Shown here piece by piece: positions 10,648-20,214 of a stretch of 61,208 nucleotides of DNA. Position numbers and translations under genes: made by a program. Below the pieces are notes generated by a model. That model did not search any database, was not told where the DNA came from, and worked only from the letters and a program-made list of their open reading frames with translations. Position 1 is the stretch's first letter; the number at the start of each line of letters is the position of its first letter. This DNA is from a virus (taxonomy: Duplodnaviria; Caudoviricetes): positions 1-61,208 of the IMG/VR virus record IMGVR_UViG_3300010330_000002; one strand, given 5' to 3'.

Positions 10648-10864
10648 TGGTCAGTGCCTCCTTGAACTTCTCCAGTGCAACTAGAACATCTATTAACCTG
10701 CTGTACTGGACTTCTGAATAACTAGCTATAGGTAAAAGTAACTCTCTAATAGACCTTAACTCATTAGCTAATACCGCTGGAGTTATTTTTGGCCCTCTTT
10801 CATAGTTGTCTTTTTCTTTCTGATAGTACCCTTTTACAAGTATCTCCTTGAGACTGGTACTCAT
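10595..10864 (-). CDS. Hypothetical protein
   Basis: Coupled ORF in the replication operon. Confidence 0.65.
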   Translation of the reverse strand: MSTSLKEILVKGYYQKEKDNYERGPKITPAVLANELRSIRELLLPIASYSEVQYSRLIDVLVALEKFKEALTNDIIRFPNRERSVSKHD

Positions 10865-11286
10865 AGCACCTCTAACAGTTTTAACATAGCTTCGGACAAT
10901 ACTATAAGAGGGCCTACAGTTTTACGATATAACTTCACTTTCTTTCTAGCTCCTGATTCCCAGACTCCTTTGATTTCTATCATATGCCCATTGACCATGA
11001 AGTCTGGGATGTACCATCTACCATTAGGCAGAGAGAAAGCAAACGGTTCGTACATAAAATTCAAATCATTTTCCCTACAAAACCTGGCAAAAGACGACTC
11101 CCATTCACTCTTGTAATCCCAGTGAGGGATTATTACGTGTCCTCCTTTTGGAGGGTCGGTAGGAATACTGAGATAATCAATAAGGCAATCTTTGGAGCAA
11201 AAATGGGCGCCATCATACCCTATTGCTTTTAACGTCTTCGCATCAGCGAGGAAGCGACCATTACAATGCAAGCATTTAACTATCAC
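10861..11286 (-). CDS. Zn-finger plus PD-(D/E)xK endonuclease (T7 endonuclease I-like)
   Basis: CxxC...FCSxxC; YEP...YIPDF..IEIKG. Confidence 0.75.
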   Translation of the reverse strand: MIVKCLHCNGRFLADAKTLKAIGYDGAHFCSKDCLIDYLSIPTDPPKGGHVIIPHWDYKSEWESSFARFCRENDLNFMYEPFAFSLPNGRWYIPDFMVNGHMIEIKGVWESGARKKVKLYRKTVGPLIVLSEAMLKLLEVL

Positions 11287-12280
11287 TGTATACCTCCTTG
11301 CGATATTGGTTGATTATGGCCTCGACCACCATATTTCTGAAATCTTCTTGGTTCAGTAACTGTTTCAATTCTTTTAGAGTAGGTCTTGTTTCTCCTAACA
11401 GGGAGAATGATTTTTTATTTTTGGTAAGTAAATTATACCTTTTTGCGTATTCCAAGATAGGTTTTTCGTCATCGACCTTGCCTCGAATTAAGTCAATAAC
11501 AAACTCTCCACTCATCTTGGGCAAACCCAGTCTATTCTTTTCTACCGTAAATGTATGGGTGCTAGTAGTAGGAATGCCTTCTACACTTTTATAACTTTTA
11601 TGGTACAGCTTGAGCGTGAGGCTCGTCAGGTGGTCGATTATCTTTCCACCTGGCATCCTGGTTTGAGAGGCAAACTTTTGAGCGCCAATATTAGCTCTTA
11701 CTTGATTTATTATTACTACGGTAAGCAGCCTGTCATTCTGTCTAGCCTGGCTCATTGCTACTAGGAGCTTATTAAACATTTGCCTGATAAGTCGGGCAGA
11801 AGGCCCTACAAAATTAGATTCGGCAGTAGCCTCTGCCTCTACGATACTAAAGATCATAGCTATACTGTCGATAATAATTAATCCTATATCATCTGCCTGT
11901 GCCAGTTTATAGATACTGTCTACTCCATGTTCTCCATAGAGAGGTTCAAACCATATCAATCTGTCCATGTCTGTTATGAATTTTTCCGCCCAGTCTCTGT
12001 TAAATCCTTTTTCAAAATCTGCATAGACGCATTTATAATCAGTGGCTTTAAAGTAACTGTCTATTATCTTATAAGACAAGGTACTTTTGCCTGAGCTTTT
12101 TGGCCCCCAGAGTACAGTAAACTTGTTTAGAGGGATACCCCCAGTAAGAAGGTCGATTGTAAACACCCCTGTTCTTAGTTGGAGTATTTTAGGGCTATTG
12201 GATGCTTTTTTAATAGTCCCTGGAAACTCAGATTCCAGACTTTCTATGATCTTGTCTGAGCTAATCATCCTACACCCCAC
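11276..12280 (-). CDS. recA: RecA/UvsX-like recombinase
   Basis: TGVFTIDLLTGGIP, GPKSSGKST, IIIDSI, INQVR, PGG motifs. Confidence 0.9.
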   Translation of the reverse strand: MGCRMISSDKIIESLESEFPGTIKKASNSPKILQLRTGVFTIDLLTGGIPLNKFTVLWGPKSSGKSTLSYKIIDSYFKATDYKCVYADFEKGFNRDWAEKFITDMDRLIWFEPLYGEHGVDSIYKLAQADDIGLIIIDSIAMIFSIVEAEATAESNFVGPSARLIRQMFNKLLVAMSQARQNDRLLTVVIINQVRANIGAQKFASQTRMPGGKIIDHLTSLTLKLYHKSYKSVEGIPTTSTHTFTVEKNRLGLPKMSGEFVIDLIRGKVDDEKPILEYAKRYNLLTKNKKSFSLLGETRPTLKELKQLLNQEDFRNMVVEAIINQYRKEVYSDS

Positions 12281-12546
12281 TCTTTCAACTTTTCATCCAT
12301 TTTTGTTTCAACGAATTTGGCTGCTTTTTTGTACATCTTGTTTATATTGTTTTTGGTGCAAGGCACAGTAAGGCCTATTCTAAACTTCAACATCTCCATG
12401 TTTCCTACGTTTATAGTCCTACCAAATTCGTAAGTAACATAGGCTGAATCTTCGGTAGCAGGAGTATCCGACGGGACTTGTTGGATGTCATCGTCTTGTA
12501 TTAGTGTTGCCTGTACCGTCTTGTTTTTTGTAGATTTCTTTGACAT
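12265..12546 (-). CDS. Conserved phage hypothetical protein
   Basis: GRTINVGNME motif typical of small phage replication-region proteins; GGAGG RBS. Confidence 0.65.
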   Translation of the reverse strand: MSKKSTKNKTVQATLIQDDDIQQVPSDTPATEDSAYVTYEFGRTINVGNMEMLKFRIGLTVPCTKNNINKMYKKAAKFVETKMDEKLKEWGVG

Positions 12547-12910
12547 AGTTCTCTACCTCCATTGGCCTAAAATGTGGGCGGTTTCTAAAGTGATAATAAG
12601 TCTTTTCTAGGACACTTTTAGGAATACCTTTCATTGTCATAAAGACCATACAAAGGTCTGCTAGAAAAGTTACCATCCCATAAGACCTCAAAACTTGTTT
12701 ACAAGGGCTGCCTTTGCTGCTCCATATACGAACAACAGGCCGCCCCTTGTATTCCCCATAGCAATGCCTTAGTTTGGCTATCCGCTTCCACCATAGCATT
12801 ACTATGTGTTTATCTGCGCTTCTCAATAATTTTGAATCTACTGTAGTCATGTTTTTTCTTACGCTTCCAGTAATTGTTAGACGGTCTACAAAAGACATCA
12901 ACGATGTCAA
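12488..12910 (-). CDS. Hypothetical protein (start uncertain)
   Basis: Fills the gap between helicase and the next gene. Confidence 0.5.
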   Translation of the reverse strand: MTSLMSFVDRLTITGSVRKNMTTVDSKLLRSADKHIVMLWWKRIAKLRHCYGEYKGRPVVRIWSSKGSPCKQVLRSYGMVTFLADLCMVFMTMKGIPKSVLEKTYYHFRNRPHFRPMEVENYVKEIYKKQDGTGNTNTRR

Positions 12911-14090
12911 ATATCATAATGGGTTTAGTTCCTTCATATCTGCTTAGTCTGCCAATAGCCTGTTTAATATCTGCTCGTGGCGTAGCAAGAATTAGACAGT
13001 TTATTTCTGGAGCATCGAATCCAATTCCTGCTGCCTGATAAGTACCAAGAATTATATCTTGGTCGCCAGAGTAGGTCTTTTTGTTTCCTGTTACCCAGGC
13101 TATTTTGTTAGTGTCTAACAACCGACTGTATGCCCGCAGCAGAGCTAATGAGTCAGAGAGGATAAGAACTTTATTCCCCTTTCTGACTGCTGCATCTGCT
13201 AATTGAGCAACGAGACGATTACGTCTGGGAACGTTTAGTTTTTTATTGAATGTGCTTCTTATAAATTTGCTGCCTATATAACAACCTTTGCTGGAAGTTT
13301 TGGGATCGGCATATTCTACTTTTACCACCTTAAAGTCCGACCTATTGGCTTTATAAGAAGCAATAATAGGGCCTATGTGCCATTTAAAAATATTGGTCTT
13401 TCCGTCTTTCCTGGTTGGAGTAGCAGAGAGACCGGTTCGTATCTTAGGGTTGAATTTAGGGGCAGTTTCGGAAAACTTCTCTGCTCCCATAATATGAACT
13501 TCGTCATAGATAATATGCCCAAAAGTTTCCTTGGGTATTTTTGCAGTAAGTAAGGTTTGTATCATAGCCACAGTTATAGGCTGGTAGTCTCTGATAGACT
13601 GTTGGATTAGGCCAGGCTCCTGGCCAGTGAACTTTCTAATAGCGTCCATCCATTGGTTCCTAAGCACCTCAGTATGGACAACTATCATTGTTCTCAATTT
13701 TAGAGCACAAGCCAGGGCCAGTCCTACTACAGTCTTCCCAGTGCCTGTAGGCATTTGAATTATACCGCCATAAGGATACTTTTTTAGGTTTTTCAAATAG
13801 AGCTTTATTATCTCTTCTTGATAAGGGCGTAGCTTCCCCTTGAAAGAGATAGAAACAGGCTCCCATTTACCTTTCAGTTCGGGATAAGGTGAGAGCTTGA
13901 AATAATAACGAGGGACTCCCACCTTATTCCCACTAAACCGCATTAAAGTATAATCGCCTTTTTTTGTCCCAAAGAAGTTTACCTTCTGGATAGTAAGGTT
14001 GTGCTTGTCCTCTTCGGACAACGCTTCTCGTGGGACAAACATTAGCTCTCTAGCTAAACAATTCGTGAAGGTTTTCTTCTGTAGAATCAT
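12810..14090 (-). CDS. Superfamily 2 DExH helicase (UvsW-like)
   Basis: LRPYQ, PTGTGKT, DEVH, GLSAT, QAIGR. Confidence 0.92.
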   Translation of the reverse strand: MILQKKTFTNCLARELMFVPREALSEEDKHNLTIQKVNFFGTKKGDYTLMRFSGNKVGVPRYYFKLSPYPELKGKWEPVSISFKGKLRPYQEEIIKLYLKNLKKYPYGGIIQMPTGTGKTVVGLALACALKLRTMIVVHTEVLRNQWMDAIRKFTGQEPGLIQQSIRDYQPITVAMIQTLLTAKIPKETFGHIIYDEVHIMGAEKFSETAPKFNPKIRTGLSATPTRKDGKTNIFKWHIGPIIASYKANRSDFKVVKVEYADPKTSSKGCYIGSKFIRSTFNKKLNVPRRNRLVAQLADAAVRKGNKVLILSDSLALLRAYSRLLDTNKIAWVTGNKKTYSGDQDIILGTYQAAGIGFDAPEINCLILATPRADIKQAIGRLSRYEGTKPIMIFDIVDVFCRPSNNYWKRKKKHDYSRFKIIEKRR

Positions 14091-14793
14091 CGGTAGCTTC
14101 CTCTTTCTCGTCTGAATCCTCGACCTCGTTAAATATATCGTCTATCTCTGCTCCAACGTCTTCTTCTGACCCTACTACTGTAGTGTCCATACCAAGGGCT
14201 TCAAGCTCTTCGTCAGTAGGAGGGGCCAGAATAACCTCATAGTCATAAGGCTTGTTGTCTTCGAACTTAGACAGATTGACCTTTCCCAATACCTCAAAAT
14301 AGTTACCGCAATTAGGGTCGTTGCTGGTGTACCGCTTTACTTTCATAGCGATGCCACGCAAATTTTTATGCTTCTTTTTGAGGTCTTCTATGAAATTAAT
14401 AGCAGAGCCTTTCAGAGGAATGAGAACCTTTCGGTTCTTTACTACCTTTCCGTCTGTAGTGGTGTACTTCCTACCATCAATGACCGTGTAATAGGCCGTA
14501 TACGTAGGACGGTAACCTTCCTTGCACACTGCACATGGGGCAAAATCGTCAGTACAAGTAACAAAGTTACCCCACTTACCACCAATTTTGAGATTATGTT
14601 CTTTGATATAGAACCCTTCGGAGTCCAAGAAGACTATCTTTGCCTCTTCATCAGGCTTTAGCCAAAACCTTGGAGCATATTTCTCCTTACGCTTTTCAGC
14701 TACTGCATCGAGTTTCTTCTTCTCTTCGAAACCATCCTTGCCTTTTTTAAACCAACCACTGGGACTCGTATTTTGTCCTTTTTTCTTAGCCAT
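14050..14793 (-). CDS. Single-stranded DNA-binding protein
   Basis: H..C..CxxC metal motif, strongly acidic C-terminal tail, position next to primase. Confidence 0.7.
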   Translation of the reverse strand: MAKKKGQNTSPSGWFKKGKDGFEEKKKLDAVAEKRKEKYAPRFWLKPDEEAKIVFLDSEGFYIKEHNLKIGGKWGNFVTCTDDFAPCAVCKEGYRPTYTAYYTVIDGRKYTTTDGKVVKNRKVLIPLKGSAINFIEDLKKKHKNLRGIAMKVKRYTSNDPNCGNYFEVLGKVNLSKFEDNKPYDYEVILAPPTDEELEALGMDTTVVGSEEDVGAEIDDIFNEVEDSDEKEEATDDSTEENLHELFS

Positions 14794-14794
14794 T

Positions 14795-15736
14795 TTAGAC
14801 CTCCTTGATAGTCGCTAAGACTTTCTTGATTATTCCTTTTTCTACGGCCTCTGCTGGGTCGTTACATCCAAAATACTTGGTAACTCTGTAAAACTTTACG
14901 CAGTCTTTTAGATTCTCGTACACTCTCTCTGTTGCTTTCTCACCCCCTTTGTCGTTGTCAAAGAATAGAATCATGGTTTTTGCCTCACATTTCCGCAATA
15001 CTTTTAGCTGTGCATTGCTTATTTCCGCCCCACCGCTGGCCCATACATTCGCTGCTCCTTTGTCGAATAGAGCCAAAAGGTTGCGCTCTCCTTCTACCAG
15101 TATAAGAGGTTTGTTTGGGTCGATAGGGCGGTGATACCCAAACCACACGCCTAAACTATGAGGCATAGTGCCCCCTAGTTCTTTGTAATACCTGTATTTC
15201 ATCTTGTCTTGGATGCGCTTGCTTTTTCCTAAATACCGTCCTTTGAGGGCTACTACTCGGTTGTTGTAATATCTAATCGGGATTACTAATCTTCTCTCTT
15301 TAGCATCGTACCTAAGAGAAAATACATGGATAGTTCGCATAGAAAACATGTTTCCTTTGTACAAAGGAAAAGGAATTTCGTTGATGTACTTAGGCTGCTT
15401 AGGTGCTATATTCCAGAATAATCTGGGAATAAACTCATGAGACGAAAGCATGGATTTCAAAGTTGGGTCGTTTATCCCTGTTATTTTCTTCCATATTCGA
15501 GGCAGATTACGAATGTGCCCTTTAGTCCCGCAAGCAAAGCAGTTGAATACACCGTTGTTGGTGTTTATCCCAAAAGAGGGATGCTCGTCTACTCCGTGTT
15601 CATGAGTCCATTTGGCAAAAGGGCATGACGCTTTAATCCATACAGAGGGTTTAGCAACGTCGTACTTTATATGGCTACAACCCAGATACCTCAATACCTC
15701 CAGGAATAAGTTCACGTTTGCTGGCACGTTTCCCAT
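14795..15736 (-). CDS. DNA primase (CHC2 zinc finger plus TOPRIM)
   Basis: CPF..H..PSF..CFACG; LVEGE; FFDNDKGG. Confidence 0.92.
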   Translation of the reverse strand: MGNVPANVNLFLEVLRYLGCSHIKYDVAKPSVWIKASCPFAKWTHEHGVDEHPSFGINTNNGVFNCFACGTKGHIRNLPRIWKKITGINDPTLKSMLSSHEFIPRLFWNIAPKQPKYINEIPFPLYKGNMFSMRTIHVFSLRYDAKERRLVIPIRYYNNRVVALKGRYLGKSKRIQDKMKYRYYKELGGTMPHSLGVWFGYHRPIDPNKPLILVEGERNLLALFDKGAANVWASGGAEISNAQLKVLRKCEAKTMILFFDNDKGGEKATERVYENLKDCVKFYRVTKYFGCNDPAEAVEKGIIKKVLATIKEV

Positions 15737-15968
15737 GATTCCACTCCTTTTTTGAAAGTTTTATCTGCCATCTTTGACAATAGTCAACATACCGTTGCCA
15801 GTCTTCTTCTTCAAAAAATTTTTCAGGCTCACCCATTAATGCAAAAACAATCAGTGTCTCCAGAATAAACGGGCTGGTGTCCATTATTCTGTCTCCGAGT
15901 ACCAGAATGAACGACTTTAACAGCCTGCGCTGTTTCTTATTCAGCTTTACCTTAGTGACCTTTCTCAT
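15675..15968 (-). CDS. Hypothetical protein
   Basis: ATGA overlap with the helicase stop. Confidence 0.55.
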   Translation of the reverse strand: MRKVTKVKLNKKQRRLLKSFILVLGDRIMDTSPFILETLIVFALMGEPEKFFEEEDWQRYVDYCQRWQIKLSKKEWNHGKRASKRELIPGGIEVSGL

Positions 15969-17167
15969 TCGAACGGTAGCTCCGTTTCTACTTCTGAAAA
16001 ATCCATCCTCTCCCAATTCCAATTGATTTGGAATATGCAATTAGTCCCTTCTCTATTAGCAACCATCTCAACTGTTTTTACATTTGATCCCTCCTCTCCG
16101 GATATTCCTATAGCTACTGAACATAACTGAGATAATGCGTCTGTTAAGTGAATGTGTTCCAGTCCCCCAGACTTGGTTTTAGGCGCTTCTCTGTTGAACT
16201 GGAACGAGACTATCAAAGGGATGTTGAAGTTTAGCGCCATCAGTTTTAGCTCCTGGGCTATCTCAGAAGCTACTTCCCACTTTGATTTGTACTTACTCTG
16301 TACTTTTATGAGATACCCCCCGTCAATGAATACAAGATCTGGTTCGTGGTTGTCGATTAAAGCAAAAATATCATCAAATCCGTGTTGGAATTTCCCATCG
16401 ACATAAATTAGAGGAACAGGACTCTGCTTCAATTCTTCCAACGATCTCTCTGCAAAAGTGGAGATTTCGCCCTTCTTTATTGCTTCAAATTTGAGTTTAT
16501 TGGCAAGAGCTGTGATTCTCTTTGCCTGTTGCATTAATCCCATTTCCATAGAGATTAGCATTGCTTTATACCCTGCTTTAGCTGCTGCATATGCAGAGTA
16601 GACCATCATCATGCTCTTGCCTCTTTTGGGCCTTGCTAAAATTAAATCCAGGTCTCCAGGTTGATAACCATCACAAGCTTCGTCTAAACTTTTCCATCCA
16701 GTGGGGATTCCGAATGTCTGTCCTATCTTTGTTCTACGTTCTCGTACATACCCTAAAAACACGTCTATTAACTCATCAAAGGTGTAAACCCCATCGTCTG
16801 TTTTTTGGATGCTTCGGTAGTAATCTACAATGTTTTTCATAATATCGAGAGCTTTTTGCACATTGTGTTTGTGTAGTGCAGTCTCGATTTCTTGGGATGC
16901 TTGAAACAAATCTTCCTTAAATTTTCTCTCAATACACCGTTCGAGCAGTAGCTCGATTGGAGAATCAGGGATAAGTAAAGTATCTTCGTCTAAAAGTTCA
17001 GCTAAAGTTGGAAGGCTCGGTAGCTCCCCGTATTTTTTAATGTAGTTTTTGATTACATGGTACACCTCTTTTTCATCCTCAATGAAAACGTTTTCACTCA
17101 GTTTGTTGAATAATTTCAAGTCTTTATTGTTAACTACTGCTGTTAGTAATCTAATTCCTATCGACAT
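15965..17167 (-). CDS. dnaB: DnaB-like replicative helicase
   Basis: GIPTGW..LD, ARPKRGKS, SMEM, FIDG, QFNR. Confidence 0.92.
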   Translation of the reverse strand: MSIGIRLLTAVVNNKDLKLFNKLSENVFIEDEKEVYHVIKNYIKKYGELPSLPTLAELLDEDTLLIPDSPIELLLERCIERKFKEDLFQASQEIETALHKHNVQKALDIMKNIVDYYRSIQKTDDGVYTFDELIDVFLGYVRERRTKIGQTFGIPTGWKSLDEACDGYQPGDLDLILARPKRGKSMMMVYSAYAAAKAGYKAMLISMEMGLMQQAKRITALANKLKFEAIKKGEISTFAERSLEELKQSPVPLIYVDGKFQHGFDDIFALIDNHEPDLVFIDGGYLIKVQSKYKSKWEVASEIAQELKLMALNFNIPLIVSFQFNREAPKTKSGGLEHIHLTDALSQLCSVAIGISGEEGSNVKTVEMVANREGTNCIFQINWNWERMDFSEVETELPFE

Positions 17168-17589
17168 TATTTGCCCTCGACTATCAAGTAAGCATTTGAT
17201 AGTAGCATATCAGCATAAGCTATGCCTAACGTTTGTTTGAGCACCATATCATCATAAGTATTTACTACTACTTCTTTGTCTTCGTAGACCATGACCATTA
17301 CTTCTTTCGGGTTGAATATATTAGTAAGTGCAGTATCAATAAAAACTATTCTTCCTTTACAATCTGGGTACACGGATAAGACTGCTGCGTCTGCTCTTCC
17401 TTGCTTGCGTATTTTTAGAGCGATAATCGTTGAAATCAACGCTCTCTTCTTTTTGCTATACTGCCCTATGATTACTACTTGTTTTGCATTCTTTGCTTTT
17501 TTGAGCATGTCCAAATCAAAATTGTAAGCTAACGGGTTCCCCAAAGGAATTCCTCGAAGTTTCATTAACTTGAGAATTTCGGTTTGCAT
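17167..17589 (-). CDS. Hypothetical protein (possible degenerate helicase loader)
   Basis: Position directly upstream of DnaB; alpha/beta pattern without an intact Walker A. Confidence 0.5.
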   Translation of the reverse strand: MQTEILKLMKLRGIPLGNPLAYNFDLDMLKKAKNAKQVVIIGQYSKKKRALISTIIALKIRKQGRADAAVLSVYPDCKGRIVFIDTALTNIFNPKEVMVMVYEDKEVVVNTYDDMVLKQTLGIAYADMLLSNAYLIVEGK

Positions 17590-17939
17590 TAGTAGACCCC
17601 GCTTTCATTTGAAAGGTTTGTCTTAGAAGATGCCAAATGCTTTATGTCTGGGTAATTGAAACAGAACGAGACAATTCCACAATCATATCGTGGTATGACG
17701 CTTCTCAATGTTTTATGGTTGGTAACGGCAAACACAATAACGGAGGGCAGGTCTTCGTCTGAGTAACTAAGAAACTTCTTTAGTATCGCTTTGGTCTTGT
17801 AGGTGTTGGGTGTTATTTTGGGAGCAACGTTGTGCATTTTGTGGGAAATAAACCAATACTTATGAAAATCTGTTTCCGACCATCCTTGCCTTTCGTATTT
17901 CTCTTCCAACTCTTCCAACATCTCGATCAGTTCAATCAT
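17589..17939 (-). CDS. Hypothetical protein, first gene of the replication operon
   Basis: GAAAGGAGG RBS downstream of a sigma70-type promoter. Confidence 0.7.
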   Translation of the reverse strand: MIELIEMLEELEEKYERQGWSETDFHKYWFISHKMHNVAPKITPNTYKTKAILKKFLSYSDEDLPSVIVFAVTNHKTLRSVIPRYDCGIVSFCFNYPDIKHLASSKTNLSNESGVY

Positions 17940-17969
17940 TTTTTCCTCCTTTCAACAACTCTTGACGAA

Positions 17970-17998
17970 AATATAAAAACGAATGACTGATTTGTCAA
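17970..17998 (-). promoter_or_regulatory. Sigma70-type promoter of the replication operon
   Basis: TTGACA-17 bp-TATATT. Confidence 0.8.
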
Positions 17999-18012
17999 GT
18001 AAAAATTTTTGA

Positions 18013-18041
18013 TTGACATTTTTTGCAATGATGATTATATT
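18013..18041 (+). promoter_or_regulatory. Divergent sigma70-type promoter for a short non-coding transcript
   Basis: TTGACA-17 bp-TATATT. Confidence 0.75.
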
Positions 18042-18046
18042 TTAGG

Positions 18047-18140
18047 CACAACAACTCATCATCAATACCTCCTTTCTTTTTGGTGATTCGAATGAATCCC
18101 AACCTAATTTCAAGGACCTCAAATGAGGTCCTTTTTTGTT
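18047..18140 (+). ncRNA. Putative ~90-nt small RNA with anti-Shine-Dalgarno motif
   Basis: Bounded by a consensus promoter and intrinsic terminator; contains ACCTCCTTTCT; no RBS-preceded ORF on this strand. Confidence 0.55.
18112..18140 (+). terminator. Intrinsic terminator
   Basis: AAGGACCTC-aaat-GAGGTCCTT followed by a T-tract. Confidence 0.8.
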
Positions 18141-18187
18141 TTTGGACCCCCCTCGGACTTAAGTAGCTGAACTAGGAGCTAGTAGAC

Positions 18188-18351
18188 TCCCATTTATATT
18201 TATAAATTTTTTAAATTTATAAATTAAATAAATGGGAATTTAATATAAATCTTTGATTTATATTTAGAAAATCTTCGATTTTCCTTTTTTATAATGATTA
18301 CTATCATAATCACCTGAGCATACACTAATACTTCGTATTATTGTATCTCAG
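18188..18351. other. AT-rich array of five consecutive inverted repeats; candidate replication origin
   Basis: Hairpins at 18188-18237, 18242-18264, 18267-18283, 18295-18312 and 18314-18351. Confidence 0.5.
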
Positions 18352-18366
18352 ATTATTAATATAGCG

Positions 18367-18588
18367 CTAGCCTTCTTTAAGTTTATGTAGCAGATACCCT
18401 CTTGCTATTCCATATCCATAAAATTCTTTATCAGGACATTCTTCTAAATCGCTGATGTAATTTGGAGTAAATCCGAAGGTGCATATCCTCCAAGGAGTTC
18501 GGTAGAATATGCACCTTCTTTCTCCTAATTCACAGCTCTTTATCCACTCTTTGTGGTCTAAAGGATACCCTGGAATCAGTTCTTTCAT
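18367..18588 (-). CDS. Small Cys-containing hypothetical protein
   Basis: ATGA-coupled to the AAA+ gene. Confidence 0.6.
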   Translation of the reverse strand: MKELIPGYPLDHKEWIKSCELGERRCIFYRTPWRICTFGFTPNYISDLEECPDKEFYGYGIARGYLLHKLKEG

Positions 18589-20126
18589 GTCAAAACCATC
18601 TTGGTGTTCTTGGTCTTGGACTTCTTGGGAATAAAATTAGCTACTCTTGCACGAGTAGTCCCCCACTGTCGCAACGCCTCGATTTCCTCTTTTCTACTGA
18701 TTGACAGAGGAACTGTTACATCACAAATTTCTAAAATATCTTCGGTAGTTACGTCACTTTCTTTATAAAATCCTTTAACTTTTGCTTGTTTCAATACATT
18801 CTCTATTTCCGCGCCTGTGTACCCCTCTGTTGCTGCTACGATCTTCTTTAGTGAAAATGTTTTCACATCCAGTTTGAGTTTATTCATATGAATTTTGATT
18901 ATCTCTTCCCGTTCTGTTTTCAATGGCAAATCTACAAACCAAAGTTCGTCTATCCTTCCTTTTCGTTCGAGTTCTGGAGGCAAAGCATGAACATTGTTTA
19001 CAGTGAAAGCAAAGAATACTGGGGCCTCGGTCTCCTGCATAAAGTACAGAAAAGAACCTATCACTCTTGCTGTGGTCCCTGCATCCGTAGAGTCTGACGA
19101 CCCCACTCCACTTAATGCTTTTTCTGCCTCGTCTATCATAACGATAGCAGGAGCCTGGGCCTCGATTTCTTTCAACACTCTTCTTGTATTTTCTTCTGTT
19201 TCCCCTAACCTAGAAGCAAATAGACTCCCTACATCTACTCTTAACAGTGGAACGTTGAATAGGTTAGCCAGAATCTTACAGCTTAGGGTCTTTCCTGTTC
19301 CTGGAACTCCTGCTAATAACATGCCTTTAGGGACAGGTACTTTCTTTGCGATAGCTTCCGCTCTGTTATTAAATACTTTGGCAGACATCATGGCCCACTC
19401 TCTAAAAGCATGTAATCCTCCTAAATCGTTGATAGTATCCTGCGGAGCTAGGTATTCTATCATCCCATTTTTCCTGACTTTCTCTGCTTTCAGTTTTTGT
19501 AAAGTATTCAAATTCAATTTACCTTTGCCTTGTACCAGAACTGTCCTAAATGCGAGGTCTGCTTCATATTTGGTTAACCCTGTAAGATATTCCGCAGCCT
19601 GTTTGCACTTTGATTTTGTTATCTTGATGTTATTGTTTTTGGTTATATGTTCGATCAATTCGAGCAGTTCTTCTTGAGTGGGCAGAGGAATATCTATCAA
19701 CCCACAATATTGGGAAATTTCCTCTGGCAAATTGAAACTGCCCTGCATTATACACGTAGCGAACGAATCTGAGTTGGCTATGTTTCTAAAGTAAGTGATC
19801 ATAAGAGGCAAATTAAACCTCTCGTCTATGAATCTGTGAAAATTGGTTAGCAGATAAATGTTTGGTTCGGTGTCTGATGCAATATGTCTCAAAATGTCTA
19901 AGTAGTTTGAATGGTTGCCGTTTACTCCTTCTATCGGGTCCCATACTTTTAGTTCATATCCTTTACTTTCTAAGTCTGGCGGCGCAGACTTTGCCTCTTT
20001 TAATTCTCTATTCAATTCCTTTACAGTATCCGTAACCAGGCTTATCACTCTTTCAGTTTCAATGGAATTGATTGCAATGATTTTATACCTGCTTTTTATC
20101 ATTGTTTTTAGCATCATCCACACCAT
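18585..20126 (-). CDS. Ycf46-like AAA+ ATPase
   Basis: N-terminal ETERV..WD pattern; GVPGTGKT, IDEAEK, LPPELERKGRIDE..FVDLP, C-terminal PLS...LRQW. Confidence 0.88.
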   Translation of the reverse strand: MVWMMLKTMIKSRYKIIAINSIETERVISLVTDTVKELNRELKEAKSAPPDLESKGYELKVWDPIEGVNGNHSNYLDILRHIASDTEPNIYLLTNFHRFIDERFNLPLMITYFRNIANSDSFATCIMQGSFNLPEEISQYCGLIDIPLPTQEELLELIEHITKNNNIKITKSKCKQAAEYLTGLTKYEADLAFRTVLVQGKGKLNLNTLQKLKAEKVRKNGMIEYLAPQDTINDLGGLHAFREWAMMSAKVFNNRAEAIAKKVPVPKGMLLAGVPGTGKTLSCKILANLFNVPLLRVDVGSLFASRLGETEENTRRVLKEIEAQAPAIVMIDEAEKALSGVGSSDSTDAGTTARVIGSFLYFMQETEAPVFFAFTVNNVHALPPELERKGRIDELWFVDLPLKTEREEIIKIHMNKLKLDVKTFSLKKIVAATEGYTGAEIENVLKQAKVKGFYKESDVTTEDILEICDVTVPLSISRKEEIEALRQWGTTRARVANFIPKKSKTKNTKMVLT

Positions 20127-20214
20127 CCTTTCTTACAATTTTTGCAGTTTTTGATGGGGCATTGATCACATTCATCAATCCACATTTCTATTTTAGTGCC
20201 CCTTACCACCAATA

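Noticed and set aside
1766-18588. Recurring ELIP peptide in several proteins
   Set aside because: Too short and not conserved at DNA level; cannot be separated from chance
18994-19677. 227-aa plus-strand ORF, and similar antisense ORFs (30678-31295, 45855-46571, 49762-50409)
   Set aside because: Opposite well-supported genes and without recognisable motifs
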